DNA from: Vulcanimicrobiota bacterium
GTDB lineage: Bacteria; Vulcanimicrobiota; Vulcanimicrobiia; Vulcanimicrobiales; Vulcanimicrobiaceae
Assembly: GCA_963723515.1 (NCBI GenBank)
Contig: CAVRQT010000001.1
Coordinates: 89,969 to 153,968, forward strand
DNA: 64,000 nt
Direction of reading: 5' to 3'
Positions 43,199-54,223 of the stretch are shown here, one piece after another; position 1 is the first letter of the stretch, and each line of letters starts with the position of its first letter. Below the pieces are notes generated by a model. That model worked only from the letters and a program-made list of their open reading frames with translations. It did not search any database and was not told where the DNA came from. The position numbers and the translations under genes were made by a program.

Positions 43199-43247
43199 TG
43201 TCACGCTGAGCTCAGCCTGCACTGAGCGGCGCCGAAGCGTCGAAGCG
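43199..43247 (+). repeat. nested REP-like repeat
   Basis: TGTCACGCTGAGCTCA-[GCCTGCACTGAGCGGCGCCGAAGC]-GTCGAAGCG. Confidence 0.7.
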
Positions 43248-43302
43248 CCACGACGGGCGATGTGAAAAGGCGGCACACGAGCTAACCGTGCAACAACAGA
43301 GC

Positions 43303-43500
43303 ATGGCTGTCGAGCGATCCTACACCGCTGGTCCTGCTGCCTGAACGCGAAGTCGGCGGATAGCGTATCCGTCACCTCGTTCGTGGGATATGCGACTCAA
43401 ATCTACCTTATTTCGGCGAAACTGAAGAACAAGCTATGGCGAACGCACGCGAGGCGATCTCTTCTGCTTTCGTTCTTACCAGCGCCAACCGCGTAAGATA
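43303..43500 (+). pseudogene. degraded HicB-family antitoxin remnant
   Basis: MAVERSYT..VLLPEREVGG* and, in another frame, FGETEEQAMANAREAIS. Broken by a stop and frameshifts. Confidence 0.55.
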
Positions 43501-43837
43501 GCCCGCCAACCGATCTTGCGGCGCCCCGCTTCGAACGAATTGCAATTTCCGTCTAGCGGCCACAAAGAAAGAGCGCCGTGCAGCGGGCACCGCGAATTTC
43601 AGGGAAAGCCTGATCGCGGCGCTCCTACGCTGGAAGTTCACTATCTTGCGGCAGCAGGGCCTCACTACGTCTGCGCGTGCGGTCGGGCCAGTTCCTCGCC
43701 ATTCCCGCAATGAGAGACGCCGCTTAAGCCAGGGACGCTAGCGAGCGCTCCGCGCCAAGCCGGTCTCACAATTCAGCAGCTTCCGCGGTCGCACCGACTG
43801 ACAGGATTTTCAGCGTGACTCCGGCGGATAGGCCAGC

Positions 43838-46800
43838 ATGAAGCTCCTTCTTATCGTTGCCTTGGCCCTCTCGTTTGTTCTCGCGCCACCTGCCGCGAAC
43901 GCGGCTGCGCCGTCATCGCCGGCTCAGAAGTTAATGAGCAAACTGGAGTGGCGAAGCATCGGCCCGTTCATCGGCGGACGCGTCGTCGCCGTCGCCGGCG
44001 TGCCGAGGAAGCCGGATCTCTTCTACATGGGCGGCGTTCAGGGCGGCGTTTGGAAGAGCACCGACTACGGCCAGAACTGGACGAACATCACCGACGGGAA
44101 GATTCCGGGCGTCGCCGACCCGATCGGCGCGCTCGCGGTCGCCGACTCGAATCCGCAACGTCATCTACGCCGGAACCGGCGAAGCCGACATTCGCGGCGA
44201 TTTCGACACCGGCGACGGCATCTACAAATCGACCGACGCCGGCAAGACGTGGTCGTACGCCGGCCTGCGCGACACGCACATGACCGCCAAGCTCGTCGAT
44301 CGATCCGCGCGAACCCCAACGTCGTCTACGCGGCCTCGATGGGGCACGTGTTCAAGCCGAATCCCGAGCGCGGCATTTTCAAGACGACCGACGGCGGCAA
44401 GACGTGGCGCAAAGTTCTCTTCGTCGACGACAACACCGGCGGCGTCGATCTGTCGATGGATAAGCAGCATCCCGGACACGCTTTACGCCGCGATGTGGCA
44501 GGCGCAGCGCGTGCCGTGGAAACTCACCAGCGGCGGCCCGGGCAGCGGTCTGTATAAGACGACCGACGGCGGCGCGCACTGGACGAAGATTTCGCGCAAT
44601 CCGCGGCTTTGCGACCGGCACGCTCGGAAAAATCGGCGTTTCGGTCGCGCAATCGAATCCGCGCGTCGTTTACGCGATCGTGCAGGCGAACGACGGCGGC
44701 GTCTTCCGCTCGGACGACGGCGGGCAAGACGTGGAAGCACGTGAACAACCAGTTGAAGCTGCGCCAGCGCGCCTTCTACTACACGGCGATCTTCGCCGAT
44801 CCGACCAATCTGCGAAGCGCGCGTACGCGCCGAACGTCGACTCGCTGTACGTGACGACGCGACGGCGGCAAGGTGTGGAAGGCGATCGACGGCTTCCGCA
44901 CGGCGACCACCACATCGTTTGGATCAATCCGCGCCATCCGAACATCTTGCTGGAAGGCAACGACGGCGGCGCGACGGTATCGGTCAACGGCGGCGAACAC
45001 TTGGAGCACCGAGCGAGAATCAACCGACCGGACAGATCTACCACGTCGCGCTCGACAACCAGTTTCCGTTCCACGTCTACGGCGCGTCGCAAGACGAAGG
45101 CGCGTGGGAATATGCCAGCGCGGCCGTCGGCGGCGCGATTCCGCCGGGCGATTGGTACTCCGGTCGCGCTCGGTGAGAGCACGTTCATCGCGCCGGATCC
45201 CGACGATCCGCTCGTAACCTACGGCTGCGGCTACTACAGCTCGTTCGTGCGGTTCAACCGCATCACCGGACAAGAGAAGAACGTCTAGCCCGTGGCCGCG
45301 CTACATGGCCGGCTGCGTCGTCGGCCGAGACGAAGTATCGCTTCGGCTGGACGCATCCGATATTTGTTCTCGCCGGCCAATCCGCGCGAGCTGCTGGTCG
45401 CCGCGCAAGTCGTCTTCTCGAGCACCGATCGCGGACAGACGTGGAAGATCATCAGCCCGGATCTGACGCGCAACGATCCGAGCACCGAAGGCCGACGCGG
45501 CGGTCCGATCTATTACGATCAAACCGGCGCCGAAACGTTTCCCGACATCGCGTCGCTGGCGGTCTCGCCGCTCGACGCCGACGTGCTGTGGGCCGGCTCG
45601 GCCGACGGCCTGGTGCACGTCACGACCGATCACGGCGCGCACTGGACGCGCCGTGACGCCGCCGCAGCTTCCGCAGTGGGCGCAGATCAGCTCGATCGAA
45701 CCGTCGCACACCGATAAGGGAACGGCGTATCTCACCGCGTCGCGCTATCATGTGGGACGACTACCATCCTTACGTGTACGAGACGACCGACTACGGCGCG
45801 CATTGGACGCACGATGACAGCGGCTTGCCGTCGGATCAGTACGTCTTTCGCGTGCGCCAGGATCCGCGCGAGCCGCGCTTGCTCTTTGCCGGTACGCGCA
45901 GCACGGCGTACGTCAGCCTCGACGGCGGCGCGCAGTGGCAGCCGCTGACGCTCAACCTGCCGGGCGTGCAAGTGCGCGATCTCGCGATCGACACGCGCGA
46001 AGGCGAACTCGTCGCCGCCACGCACGGCCGCGCATTCTGGATCCTCGACAACCTCGCGTTGCTCGAGCAGCTCGCGCGACAGACCGAGTTACAGCGTTGC
46101 GCAAACGCAGCTGTTCGCTCCGGAGACGGCATGGCTGACGCAATCGTACGGCACGCCGCCCTTTCCGATTCCGAACGCCGGGGAGAATCCGCGCTACGGC
46201 GCGCGCGTGTTCTTCAACTTGCCCGCCGAACTACAACGGCCGCACGCCGCTGACGCTGTCGTTCGTCGACGCCAAGGGCACGACGATCCGCACGTTCAAG
46301 CTGCATCTCGCACGCGAAAAAGCACGTCGACGCTCGAACGAAGACCAGCAGAATCGAAACGGATGCGAGCGTACCTGCGCGCGCGCGCCGAGGACGAAGC
46401 GACGGCGGTGAAAGCCCGGCATGAACGCGTTTCAGTGGGATCTGAAATACCCGCCGGCCTTCGATCCGCCGGGTTACAAGAACGATGTCACCGACGATTG
46501 GCCCGACGCCGGCGACGGACCGACGACCTTGCCCGGCTCGTATACCGTCGTGCTGCGGTACGGATCGCAGCGACTCCAAGCGCCGCTGACGATCGCGCTC
46601 GATCCGCGCGTGCATCCCGGCGGCCGGCGATCTCGAAGCGCGGCTGGCGCTCGAACAGCAGATTCTCGCAACGATCGACCAGCTCGACCGCGCGATCGCC
46701 GCGGCGATGGCGGCGCGTTCGCACCTATCGGCCGGCAAACGCGCGCAAGTCGACGCGGAGATCGCGAATCTCGTGCTGCTTCACGGAAGCTCGAGCGAGT

Positions 46801-46988
46801 ACGACGTCGTACACGCGACGAAGGTTCGCGAACAGCTCGGCTTCTTGATCAACTCGCTCGAGGGCGCCTACGCCAAACCAACGTCGGCAGAACTCGCGAC
46901 GTACGAAGAGCTCAAAGCGCTGGCCGACGCGGGAATCCAAAAACTCAGCGCGTTAACCACCGGCTCGGTTTCGACTGTGTCACACTGA
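43838..46988 (+). CDS. large secreted VPS10/BNR-repeat (sortilin/GH74-like) glycosyl hydrolase, heavily frameshifted in this sequence
   Basis: Signal peptide, WRSIGPFIGGRV, repeated Asp-box motifs (KSTDYGQNW, TTDGGKTW, STDRGQTW, SLDGGAQW), ATHGRAFWILD and a C-terminal helical domain. Confidence 0.82.
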
Positions 46989-47111
46989 GCGTCCCACTGT
47001 CACACTGAGCTAGTCGAAGCGCAGTGAAATGTTGCGCTTGAGGAAAGTTCCCGTGTCACACTGAGCTCGTCGAAGTGTGACTGGCGATAATCTCGCCCTA
47101 ACTGTGTCACT
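46978..47111 (+). repeat. REP-like repeat cluster
   Basis: TGTCACACTGAGC partial (46978-46990), TGTCACACTGAGCTAGTCGAAGCG (46998-47021), and TGTCACACTGAGCTCGTCGAAGTGTGAC (47054-47081, 8-bp stem). Confidence 0.88.
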
Positions 47112-47191
47112 TTTCGTCCCGAGGTGCTACTTCGAGACGAAACGTGTGCGAACAGTTGAGCGGATCGTGCGGACCGAATTTCCAAAAGCGC

Positions 47192-47812
47192 TTATTCCGA
47201 GCGTTGTAGCTCTCGCACCGGCCGACCGTCGCCGTTCGCATCGTTCTCGACGAACGGATCGATCGCGGCCTTGAAGTCTCGATGTGCGCCGCAGCAGCAG
47301 CCGTCTGCCGCGTCGGTAGCTTCTGTCTGCTGTTCGGCATTGACGGCCGAATGACCGTCGACGGCCGCATCGAGCGTCGATTGCGCGAGTTCGCCAATGG
47401 CACCGACCTGCTGGGCTAAGGCAGGTTCTCCTGACCCGGCGGAGCGCAGGTTCTCCAGGTCCGCCGCGGCATCGCGGGCGCTTCGCTGGTACGAACCCAA
47501 GCTCGGATCGTCGACGCAGTCGGAGAGCGTCCGATGTAATATCGCGCTGACGGCATCCCCGCGTTCTCGGAAAGCGCTAAAGTCTTGCTTTTGCGATGCG
47601 ACAGCGGCACTATTGACGGCCGAGATGGCTTCGTTGCCCGTCGATGCCACGCTCGATTGCAGATCAGAGTGGTGGCCGGTAGAGCGAATCTCCGCGGATA
47701 GCTGCCACGCTGCGTAACTCGCGTTGGTCTGCACGATGTCGAGGGCGACGAGGCCAAGAGCGACGACGACGCACGAAGCAGCCGATGATGACTGCCGCGA
47801 CCTTCGATTCAT
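47192..47812 (-). CDS. hypothetical membrane-anchored helical protein (ends uncertain)
   Basis: Hydrophobic N-terminal segment followed by an Ala/Ser-rich amphipathic helical region. Confidence 0.4.
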   Translation of the reverse strand: MNRRSRQSSSAASCVVVALGLVALDIVQTNASYAAWQLSAEIRSTGHHSDLQSSVASTGNEAISAVNSAAVASQKQDFSAFRERGDAVSAILHRTLSDCVDDPSLGSYQRSARDAAADLENLRSAGSGEPALAQQVGAIGELAQSTLDAAVDGHSAVNAEQQTEATDAADGCCCGAHRDFKAAIDPFVENDANGDGRPVRELQRSE

Positions 47813-47884
47813 CTGGAATCGTCCATATGACAGTGCTTTGCGAGTCAACGTGTTAATTCCGGCCGGCGCCGTCTCGGCAAAGCT

Positions 47885-47907
47885 CCTGCACTGAGCTTGT
47901 CGAAGTG
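47885..47907 (+). repeat. REP-like repeat copy
   Basis: CCTGCACTGAGCTTGTCGAAGTG. Confidence 0.75.
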
Positions 47908-47936
47908 TCGGAAGTGTGACTTCACGCTAATCGCTG

Positions 47937-48329
47937 CTACATCTGTATCGGCAGAAACGGTGCATTCAACGCGATATGCCCAAACCCGAACGCCACGATC
48001 GCGATAAATAGCGCAATGTGCCAACGTCGTAACGGCCACCGATAAATCCCAGGCGACTGCAAGTTACTGCCGACAATGGCTTGCAGCGCAAGCCCCGCCG
48101 TCGCAAATCCGGCGAACCAAATGCCCATGCCGTTAACGCCATCGGTATTGCCCATCGACATTCCGACATGCATGACGGCGAAAAACAACGCCGCATATCC
48201 AAGGATGAAATGCGGCCGCAGTCGCTTGACAAACGTGCCGCGGCCCCAGCGACGCAGCGCCCATCCGACGATCGCCGTGCACGGCACAAGCGCGACGGCG
48301 ATCCATGCGGCGATGTCGGAGAGGCTCAA
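47937..48329 (-). CDS. small 4-TM protein, probable di-heme cytochrome b (ferric reductase-like TM domain)
   Basis: Two H-x13-H pairs in TM helices: HFILGYAALFFAVMH and HIALFIAIVAFGFGH. Confidence 0.6.
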   Translation of the reverse strand: MSLSDIAAWIAVALVPCTAIVGWALRRWGRGTFVKRLRPHFILGYAALFFAVMHVGMSMGNTDGVNGMGIWFAGFATAGLALQAIVGSNLQSPGIYRWPLRRWHIALFIAIVAFGFGHIALNAPFLPIQM

Positions 48330-48332
48330 GCG

Positions 48333-48731
48333 CTACTGCACCTTGACGTACTTTGTGTCGATGACCGCGCGCTTGATATCAACGTGACCCGGCTTTGTCA
48401 GAATGCCGTAGACAAATAGGATGGCACCCGGCACGACTTCGCGTGCGGTCCCCATGACGACGGGCGTTCCATCTGCGAAATAAAGAACGACTTGCTTTGG
48501 AGTTGCTTTGGCGAGCGCGTCGGTCTGATGCTGAAGCAATTGTGCAAACAGCGTTGAGCGACTGACGCGTTGGACGCGAACCGCGATCTGGACGTTTTGT
48601 CCGGCTTGGGCATGCGAGAATTCCTGGAGTGACATCGGTACCGGCGGCGGTCCCATCATTTGCGCGGCCGCAACGCCGGCAAGGCAAACACAAAACGCGC
48701 TGATCGCAAGAATGACTTTAAAATATTTCAT
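48333..48731 (-). CDS. small secreted beta-rich hypothetical protein
   Basis: Signal peptide MKYFKVILAISAFCVCLAGVAAA; ends 3 nt before the cytochrome b-like gene. Confidence 0.6.
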   Translation of the reverse strand: MKYFKVILAISAFCVCLAGVAAAQMMGPPPVPMSLQEFSHAQAGQNVQIAVRVQRVSRSTLFAQLLQHQTDALAKATPKQVVLYFADGTPVVMGTAREVVPGAILFVYGILTKPGHVDIKRAVIDTKYVKVQ

Positions 48732-48802
48732 GCCTTCACTATAGGTTGCGCACTGCTAAAGAACCATACGCCCAAGCCGCCTATTTACTTCAAGGTGTAC
48801 TA

Positions 48803-49471
48803 ATGTCGGCGCCGGAAATGGGGCCGTCAGAAGCGTCGGGGAGGTTCCAACACATAGTGGCTGCGCGCGAAGCGACGATCCGAGACCCAGGTCGAGAGTT
48901 ATTGATTCTCGGCCTTCTGCGCCGTCGACCGATGTCGGCATATTCGTTGAGCCGCGCCGTGCGCCGACACGCGCCGCTCAACCGCAACTTCCGTGGTGGT
49001 AACGTGTACCACGCCGTTGCGCAGCTCGCGCGCCGTGGTCTGCTGCTCAGCAAAGAAGCCAAAGCGCGACGAGGGCCGGCGGAAAACAAAGCGATCTTTC
49101 GCCTCTCCGCCGCCGGCGAGCGTCACTTTGAAGCGTTGCTCAAAGCGATGTTGCGTGATACGCAAACCGCGGACTGGACGCTTGAGATCGCGTACGTTTT
49201 GCTCGGGCAGTTTGCGCGGCAACATGCGCTGCAGTTGCTCGCGGAGCGTTCAACGGAAATCGTTCAGCAGGAAAAGCGGCTCACGCGCATCTGGGGCAAT
49301 CCGGACGATCGTACCGGCGCCAGCTACATCGCTTACTTGCACACCCTCTCACGTCTTCGCGCGGAACGCCGCTTTCTTCACGATTCGATCGCGCTGCTCA
49401 ACGATGCGCGATGGACGCCGGACTGGGTCCGTGACGACGGCTCAGTCGAAGATCCCGCGCGCCGACTGTAA
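48803..49471 (+). CDS. PadR-family transcriptional regulator
   Basis: LLILGLLRRRPMSAYSL...GNVYHAVAQLARRGLL...FRLSAAGERHF with a long C-terminal helical domain. Start uncertain. Confidence 0.82.
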   Translation: MSAPEMGPSEASGRFQHIVAAREATIRDPGRELLILGLLRRRPMSAYSLSRAVRRHAPLNRNFRGGNVYHAVAQLARRGLLLSKEAKARRGPAENKAIFRLSAAGERHFEALLKAMLRDTQTADWTLEIAYVLLGQFARQHALQLLAERSTEIVQQEKRLTRIWGNPDDRTGASYIAYLHTLSRLRAERRFLHDSIALLNDARWTPDWVRDDGSVEDPARRL

Positions 49472-49549
49472 ATGCAATTAACTCCAACGTGAAGTAATTC
49501 AGCGGCTGGAGCGACAGCCGGCCGCTCGTTGCGGCGAGAAGTCCCTAGC

Positions 49550-52500
49550 GTGCCGCTGACTCGTTTCTGCCTGAAAAATCCGATCGCCGTCACGCTATTC
49601 TATGTGCTCATCTGTACGTTGGGCGTCGTCGCGCTTTTACGCATGGGGCGCAGTATATTGCCGCCCATTTCCATTCCGGCGCTAACTGTATCCGCTGTCT
49701 ATCCGGGCGCTGGACCTAAAGAGATCGAGCGTCTCATCGTTGAGCCGATCGAGGATGAGCTCAACCAGTTGCCCGACGTCTCGCGCGTTTCAAGTTCGTC
49801 GCAAAACGGCGTCGCAGAGATCGTCACGCAGTTTCGCTTCGGGAGCAATGTGGACGCCGATCGCGCGAATGTGCAGCAAGCCGTCGACGCAGCGCGCGCT
49901 AACATGCCGAGCGATCTCGTGGCGCCGGCGGTTTCCAAAGACGATCCGACGCAGGCACCGATTTACGAAGAAGCGGTCAGCTCGGTGCTGCTCTCGCGTG
50001 GCGAACTATCAGACGTCATCTCGCGCAACATTATGCCGGCGCTTCGTGCAACCAGCGGCGCTGGAACCGTCCGAGCCGAGGGAATCTTTGCGCGTCAATT
50101 TACGGTGCGACCGCTGATCGGGCCGCTGAATGCGCTCGGCGGCACTCCGCTTGACATGCTGCGCGGCCTCACCGTAAGCAACGATGTGTTGCCGGGTGGC
50201 ACACTGCGCTCGCCGCTCTTCGAATCAACCATTGGCATAGACGCCGCTGCGACATCGAAAGAAGCGCTCGAGCAACTGCCGCTGGGAATTCCCGGAAGTC
50301 CAGCGACTCGCTTGCGGGATGTCGCAGATGTAGAAGACGGCTACGCCGATCAAAGCGTGATTTCGCGCGTCGACGCGGATTTGGCGGTTGTTGTCACCGT
50401 TTCGCCTACGTCGGGTCAAGATTCGCTTAGAACGATTCGGGCGGTGAGCAAGACGTTCGCGCGCCTCGCGCAACGCTTTCCGCTCGTCAGGTTCGAACAG
50501 CTCCGAACGGACGCTCCATACACCAACGCCGCGATCAACGGCGTCCTGCAAACACTGGGCGAGGGAACCGTCTTAACCGTCTTAGTGCTGTTGCTATTCC
50601 TACACGCATGGCGGAGCGCATTCATTGCAGCGATCGCGATCCCGACTTCCCTGTGTGCCACGTTTGTCGCGATGTGGCTCCTTGGTTTCACGATCAACGT
50701 GCTGTCGCTGATGGGCCTCTCCTTAACGATCGGCATTTTAGTCGATGATTCGATCGTCATCATTGAAGCGATTGCGCGCCATGTCCGGCGCGGCATTGAC
50801 GCTGACGACGCGGCGTTGACCGGTCGGCAAGAACTTGGCGCGGCGGCCTTCGCGATCACGCTCGTGGATGTCGCGGTTTTCACACCGATCGGCTTGATGA
50901 GCGGCCTCATCGGCGAATTCATGCGCGAGTTCGGGCTCGTGATCGTGTTTGCAACGGCGTTTTCCTTGCTCGTCGCGTTTACGCTTACGCCATTGCTGGC
51001 GGCGCGCTGGTCGCTGCGCGCTCGGGATCTTAACCTGGACGGTTTGTCATTCGAAGAAATCCATACGACGCTGCAGTCGCGCGCGCGCACGTTTCCTTGG
51101 ATGGTTCGGGCGCAATTCGTTCTTCGCGTTTTCGCGGCATGGCATGGCCTGATCAACGCTTTCAACGGATGGCAGCAGCGGGTGAGTCGTCGATACGCTT
51201 CGCAATGGCTTCCAGCGGCGCTGAATCGCAGCCGCTTAATTCTGATCTGCGCCGCCGCGCTTTGCGCGTTGTCGCTCGTGCCGTTGGCGCTGGGATGGAT
51301 CCCTACGGAATTCTCTCCGCCGGTCAATCGCGGCGAAGTGACCGTCGATCTGACGTTGCCGGCTGGAACACCGCTCGCCGTGACAGACGCTGCAGCGTTC
51401 AAAATCAGTAATGCGCTGCTCGACGATTCACGCGTCAAGCATGTTGAATCGAGCGCCGGCCGAGCGTTCAACGGAACCGCGGACATCTTCGCCGGCAACG
51501 TCGCGCAGCTCGCGATCGTATTGACCGATCAAAGCGCCACAGGCAACGATCTCCTCGCGCACATCAAGACATTGACGCGTCTCGCACCGAGCGCATCGAT
51601 CGCCGGCGCTGGAAAAGGAATGGGCGGCGCCGCCCCAATCAGCTACAATGTCGGCGGCGATCCAACCACAATTGATGAAGCGGCTCGCCGAATCGCCGCT
51701 GCGTTGCGCGAATCTCCGTACGCAACCGACGTTCGCTTAAGTAGCGGCGGCCTCGAGCCGCGTCTTCAGTTGACGGTCGATCCTGAAAAGGCGCGGCTGC
51801 TCAACGTTTCGCCTGACGATGCGGCACAAACGGCGCGCATCGCGAGCGGCGGTAGCATCGCAACGAAAGCGCGCTTGCCATCGGGCCTCGTCAATGTTGT
51901 TGTTCAATCAAACGCCGCGCGTTCCGGCGATCTCGATGCGTTGCGCCGCCTCACCGTACGCAGCACCGACGGCAAACTGATTCCGCTCGGCGCGCTCGTC
52001 ACGATGACCGCGACGAAAGAGCCGACCGTTATTCAGCGCGAGGACGGCGAGCGTGTCGTTACGGTGAGCGCCAATCCGGTGGACGGCGCGCCGATCGGCC
52101 TCGTCACCGCGGCGCTTTCGAAAAGACTGCGCGACCCTGCCTTTCTGCCGCCCGGCGCGCGCATTCAGCCTCGCGGCGATGTCGAGCAATTTTTGAATGC
52201 GGTCGGCAATCTGCTCGGGGCGCTGGCGATGTCAATCGTCATCGTTTACGTAATTCTCGCGATTCTGTACAAGAGCTATACGTTGCCGCTCATGATCATG
52301 CTGACGGTTCCGCTGGCATCGGTCGGCGCTCTCGGAACGCTCTTTGTGCTGAACGTGCTGCGAACCATCGCGCCGAATGTTGCCGTGCTGCAGTCGCAAA
52401 CGCTCAATCTCTACTCGATGCTGGGAATCTTGGTGTTGGTCGGACTTGTCGCGAAAAACGGCATTCTGCTCGTCGAGTATGCCGAGCGCGGCGTGCGTGC

Positions 52501-52829
52501 CGGCCTACTTGCACGTGATGCAATGCTGAGGCGCGGCCGAGCGTCGTTTTCGACCGATCGTGATGACGACGTTTGCGATGATCGCCGGCATGCTGCCGCT
52601 GGCGCTCGGCGAGACGATCGGCGCCGAATATCGCAAAGCCCTGGGCAGCGTCGTCATCGGCGGTCTCTCAAGCTCTTTGCTGCTGACGCTCTTTGTCGTG
52701 CCGCTGATCTACGTGATGTATCGCGAGCGATCGCGACAACCGCAAAGACGCGCGATGCAAAATGGCCAAGCTGCACCGTCCGCGCCGATAAGCGGCGTCT
52801 CCCTGCGCCGGAGCCGATCGACGACTTAG
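49550..52829 (+). CDS. RND efflux permease (AcrB/AcrD/AcrF family; indel near 52530)
   Basis: YPGAGP.EIE..IVEPIE, GILVDDSIV, GEFMREFG, KNGILLVE, and in the shifted frame RPIVMTT.AMIAGMLP...VIGGL.SS.LLTLFVVP. Confidence 0.92.
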
Positions 52830-52905
52830 AGGGACTGGGCGCTCTGTCCAAACCAAACGCTCTCCACCAAGCGTCCGCACAGTAGCTTTGCGAAGGGAGC
52901 GACAG

Positions 52906-53181
52906 ATGCCCAAAGTTATAGTCACTGCTCAAGTCAAAGATCCGAAGAAATGGGAAGAGAGCTTTAAGACCCACAACGATCTCTTCAGTCGTCAGCGCCT
53001 CACGAGGCCGATCGATTACGGCGTCAGCGATTCTCACGTCGCGGTGTGCTTTGAGACGTCTGATCTGCAGAATCTCACGAGCATCTTACAATCCCCAGAA
53101 ACCGCCGACGCGATGGAATCTGACGGCGTCATGCGCGACACGGTTCATGTCTTCGTTCTCGACAAAGAACTGCGCGTCTAA
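52906..53181 (+). CDS. small ferredoxin-like (dimeric alpha/beta barrel) hypothetical protein
   Basis: RBS GGGAG; pattern VKDPKKWEESF...SPETADAMESDGV. Confidence 0.55.
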   Translation: MPKVIVTAQVKDPKKWEESFKTHNDLFSRQRLTRPIDYGVSDSHVAVCFETSDLQNLTSILQSPETADAMESDGVMRDTVHVFVLDKELRV

Positions 53182-53220
53182 CCACACTCTGCGTACCGGC
53201 GTTTATCGTCGCCAGCCGTT

Positions 53221-53544
53221 ATGATAAAGCTGCGCGCCTGGATCGCCATTGTCGCCGGGACATTCGTCGCCGTCTTAGTGGTCTGGGTCTGGACCTACAT
53301 CGCGCACCAAAGCACCGTAGAAGGCGCGATCCTCTGCAGTATTGCGACGAGAGGCGTATTTCTTAACCGGATCTACGCTTCGTTCGCGCTCTTAATTCTC
53401 TGCGGATTGCTTGCGGCGGCAAACGGAGTAGTAATGCTTCGCTCGGGCCGCCCGAATTTGATCACCAACGTTGCCGTCATTGTGCTGTTTATCGCAGCAA
53501 TTGCCGTCGGCGCCAACGGCGCCAACGCCTGCACCCCCACCTAA
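53221..53544 (+). CDS. hypothetical 3-TM membrane protein
   Basis: Three hydrophobic segments. Confidence 0.55.
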   Translation: MIKLRAWIAIVAGTFVAVLVVWVWTYIAHQSTVEGAILCSIATRGVFLNRIYASFALLILCGLLAAANGVVMLRSGRPNLITNVAVIVLFIAAIAVGANGANACTPT

Positions 53545-53549
53545 CTGTG

Positions 53550-53594
53550 CGTCACGCTGGGCTACACTTGTGTCACGCTGAGCCTGTCGAAGCG
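53550..53594 (+). repeat. REP-like repeat pair
   Basis: CGTCACGCTGGGCT (partial) and TGTCACGCTGAGCCTGTCGAAGCG (53571-53594). Confidence 0.85.
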
Positions 53595-53874
53595 CCGCGA
53601 TTTGCCGGCGTTCCCCAACTGCGGATAATATCGAAAGCGCTGGCCTCTGTCCGCGCGAGAGCTACAGCATTAAGCGAAACCTTTGCCCCTGGCGAGCTCT
53701 GTCTGCTGAGTGTATTGCGAGCCGAGCATGGCGGCGAGTTCAACACAGTGCGGTAAGCCCGCAGCTGGCTAGCGCTTACCCGCTGACTTGACGCCGTGCG
53801 AAAAATCCTCTAAAAAGATTTCCTCGATCCTTTTTAGGGACCGCGGCCATTTTTATATTTTTTCGGGAGCAAAA

Positions 53875-54195
53875 TTGAGAGTTCGCGCCATCTTCGCATC
53901 CTTTGTTGTTGCCTTCACCATATTTTATTCGAACGTGTGCCCGGCTCTCGCCGGCTGTCACGCGTCGCTCTATGCGGCAATGCCGTCATACAGCGGCGCT
54001 TCTTTGCAGCTATTTACTACCGAGTCAGTAGCGCAAGCGCACTGCCCGAAGGATGAAGTCGTATGGTTGAACACACGGAGCGGAATTTACCATGAGAAGG
54101 GCATGCGTTGGTACGGCAATACAAAACAGGGTGCTTACGTGTGTCGGCGCGAGGCTGATGCCGCCGGTGATCGAGATACCCGCAACGGCCAGTAA
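53875..54195 (+). CDS. small secreted conserved protein (CP.D.VVW.N..SGIYH...WYG.TK.G.Y.C motif)
   Basis: TTG start with GGGAG RBS, signal-like N-terminus, and a motif reminiscent of Ada metal-binding-like domains. Confidence 0.6.
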   Translation: MRVRAIFASFVVAFTIFYSNVCPALAGCHASLYAAMPSYSGASLQLFTTESVAQAHCPKDEVVWLNTRSGIYHEKGMRWYGNTKQGAYVCRREADAAGDRDTRNGQ

Positions 54196-54223
54196 CGGCC
54201 CGTTAGCATAGAGAGACTCTCAA

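Noticed and set aside
476..52189. Long alternative-frame and antisense ORFs (e.g. 4799-5965, 9432-10307, 28145-29023, 50416-51498)
   Set aside because: They are shadow ORFs of well-supported genes in high-GC DNA, Arg/Ala-rich and without recognisable motifs.
53600..53790. Possible ncRNA or tRNA-like integration site at the island's left edge
   Set aside because: Only weak pairing (GTAAGC/GCTTAC). No cloverleaf, T-loop or recognisable motif was found.
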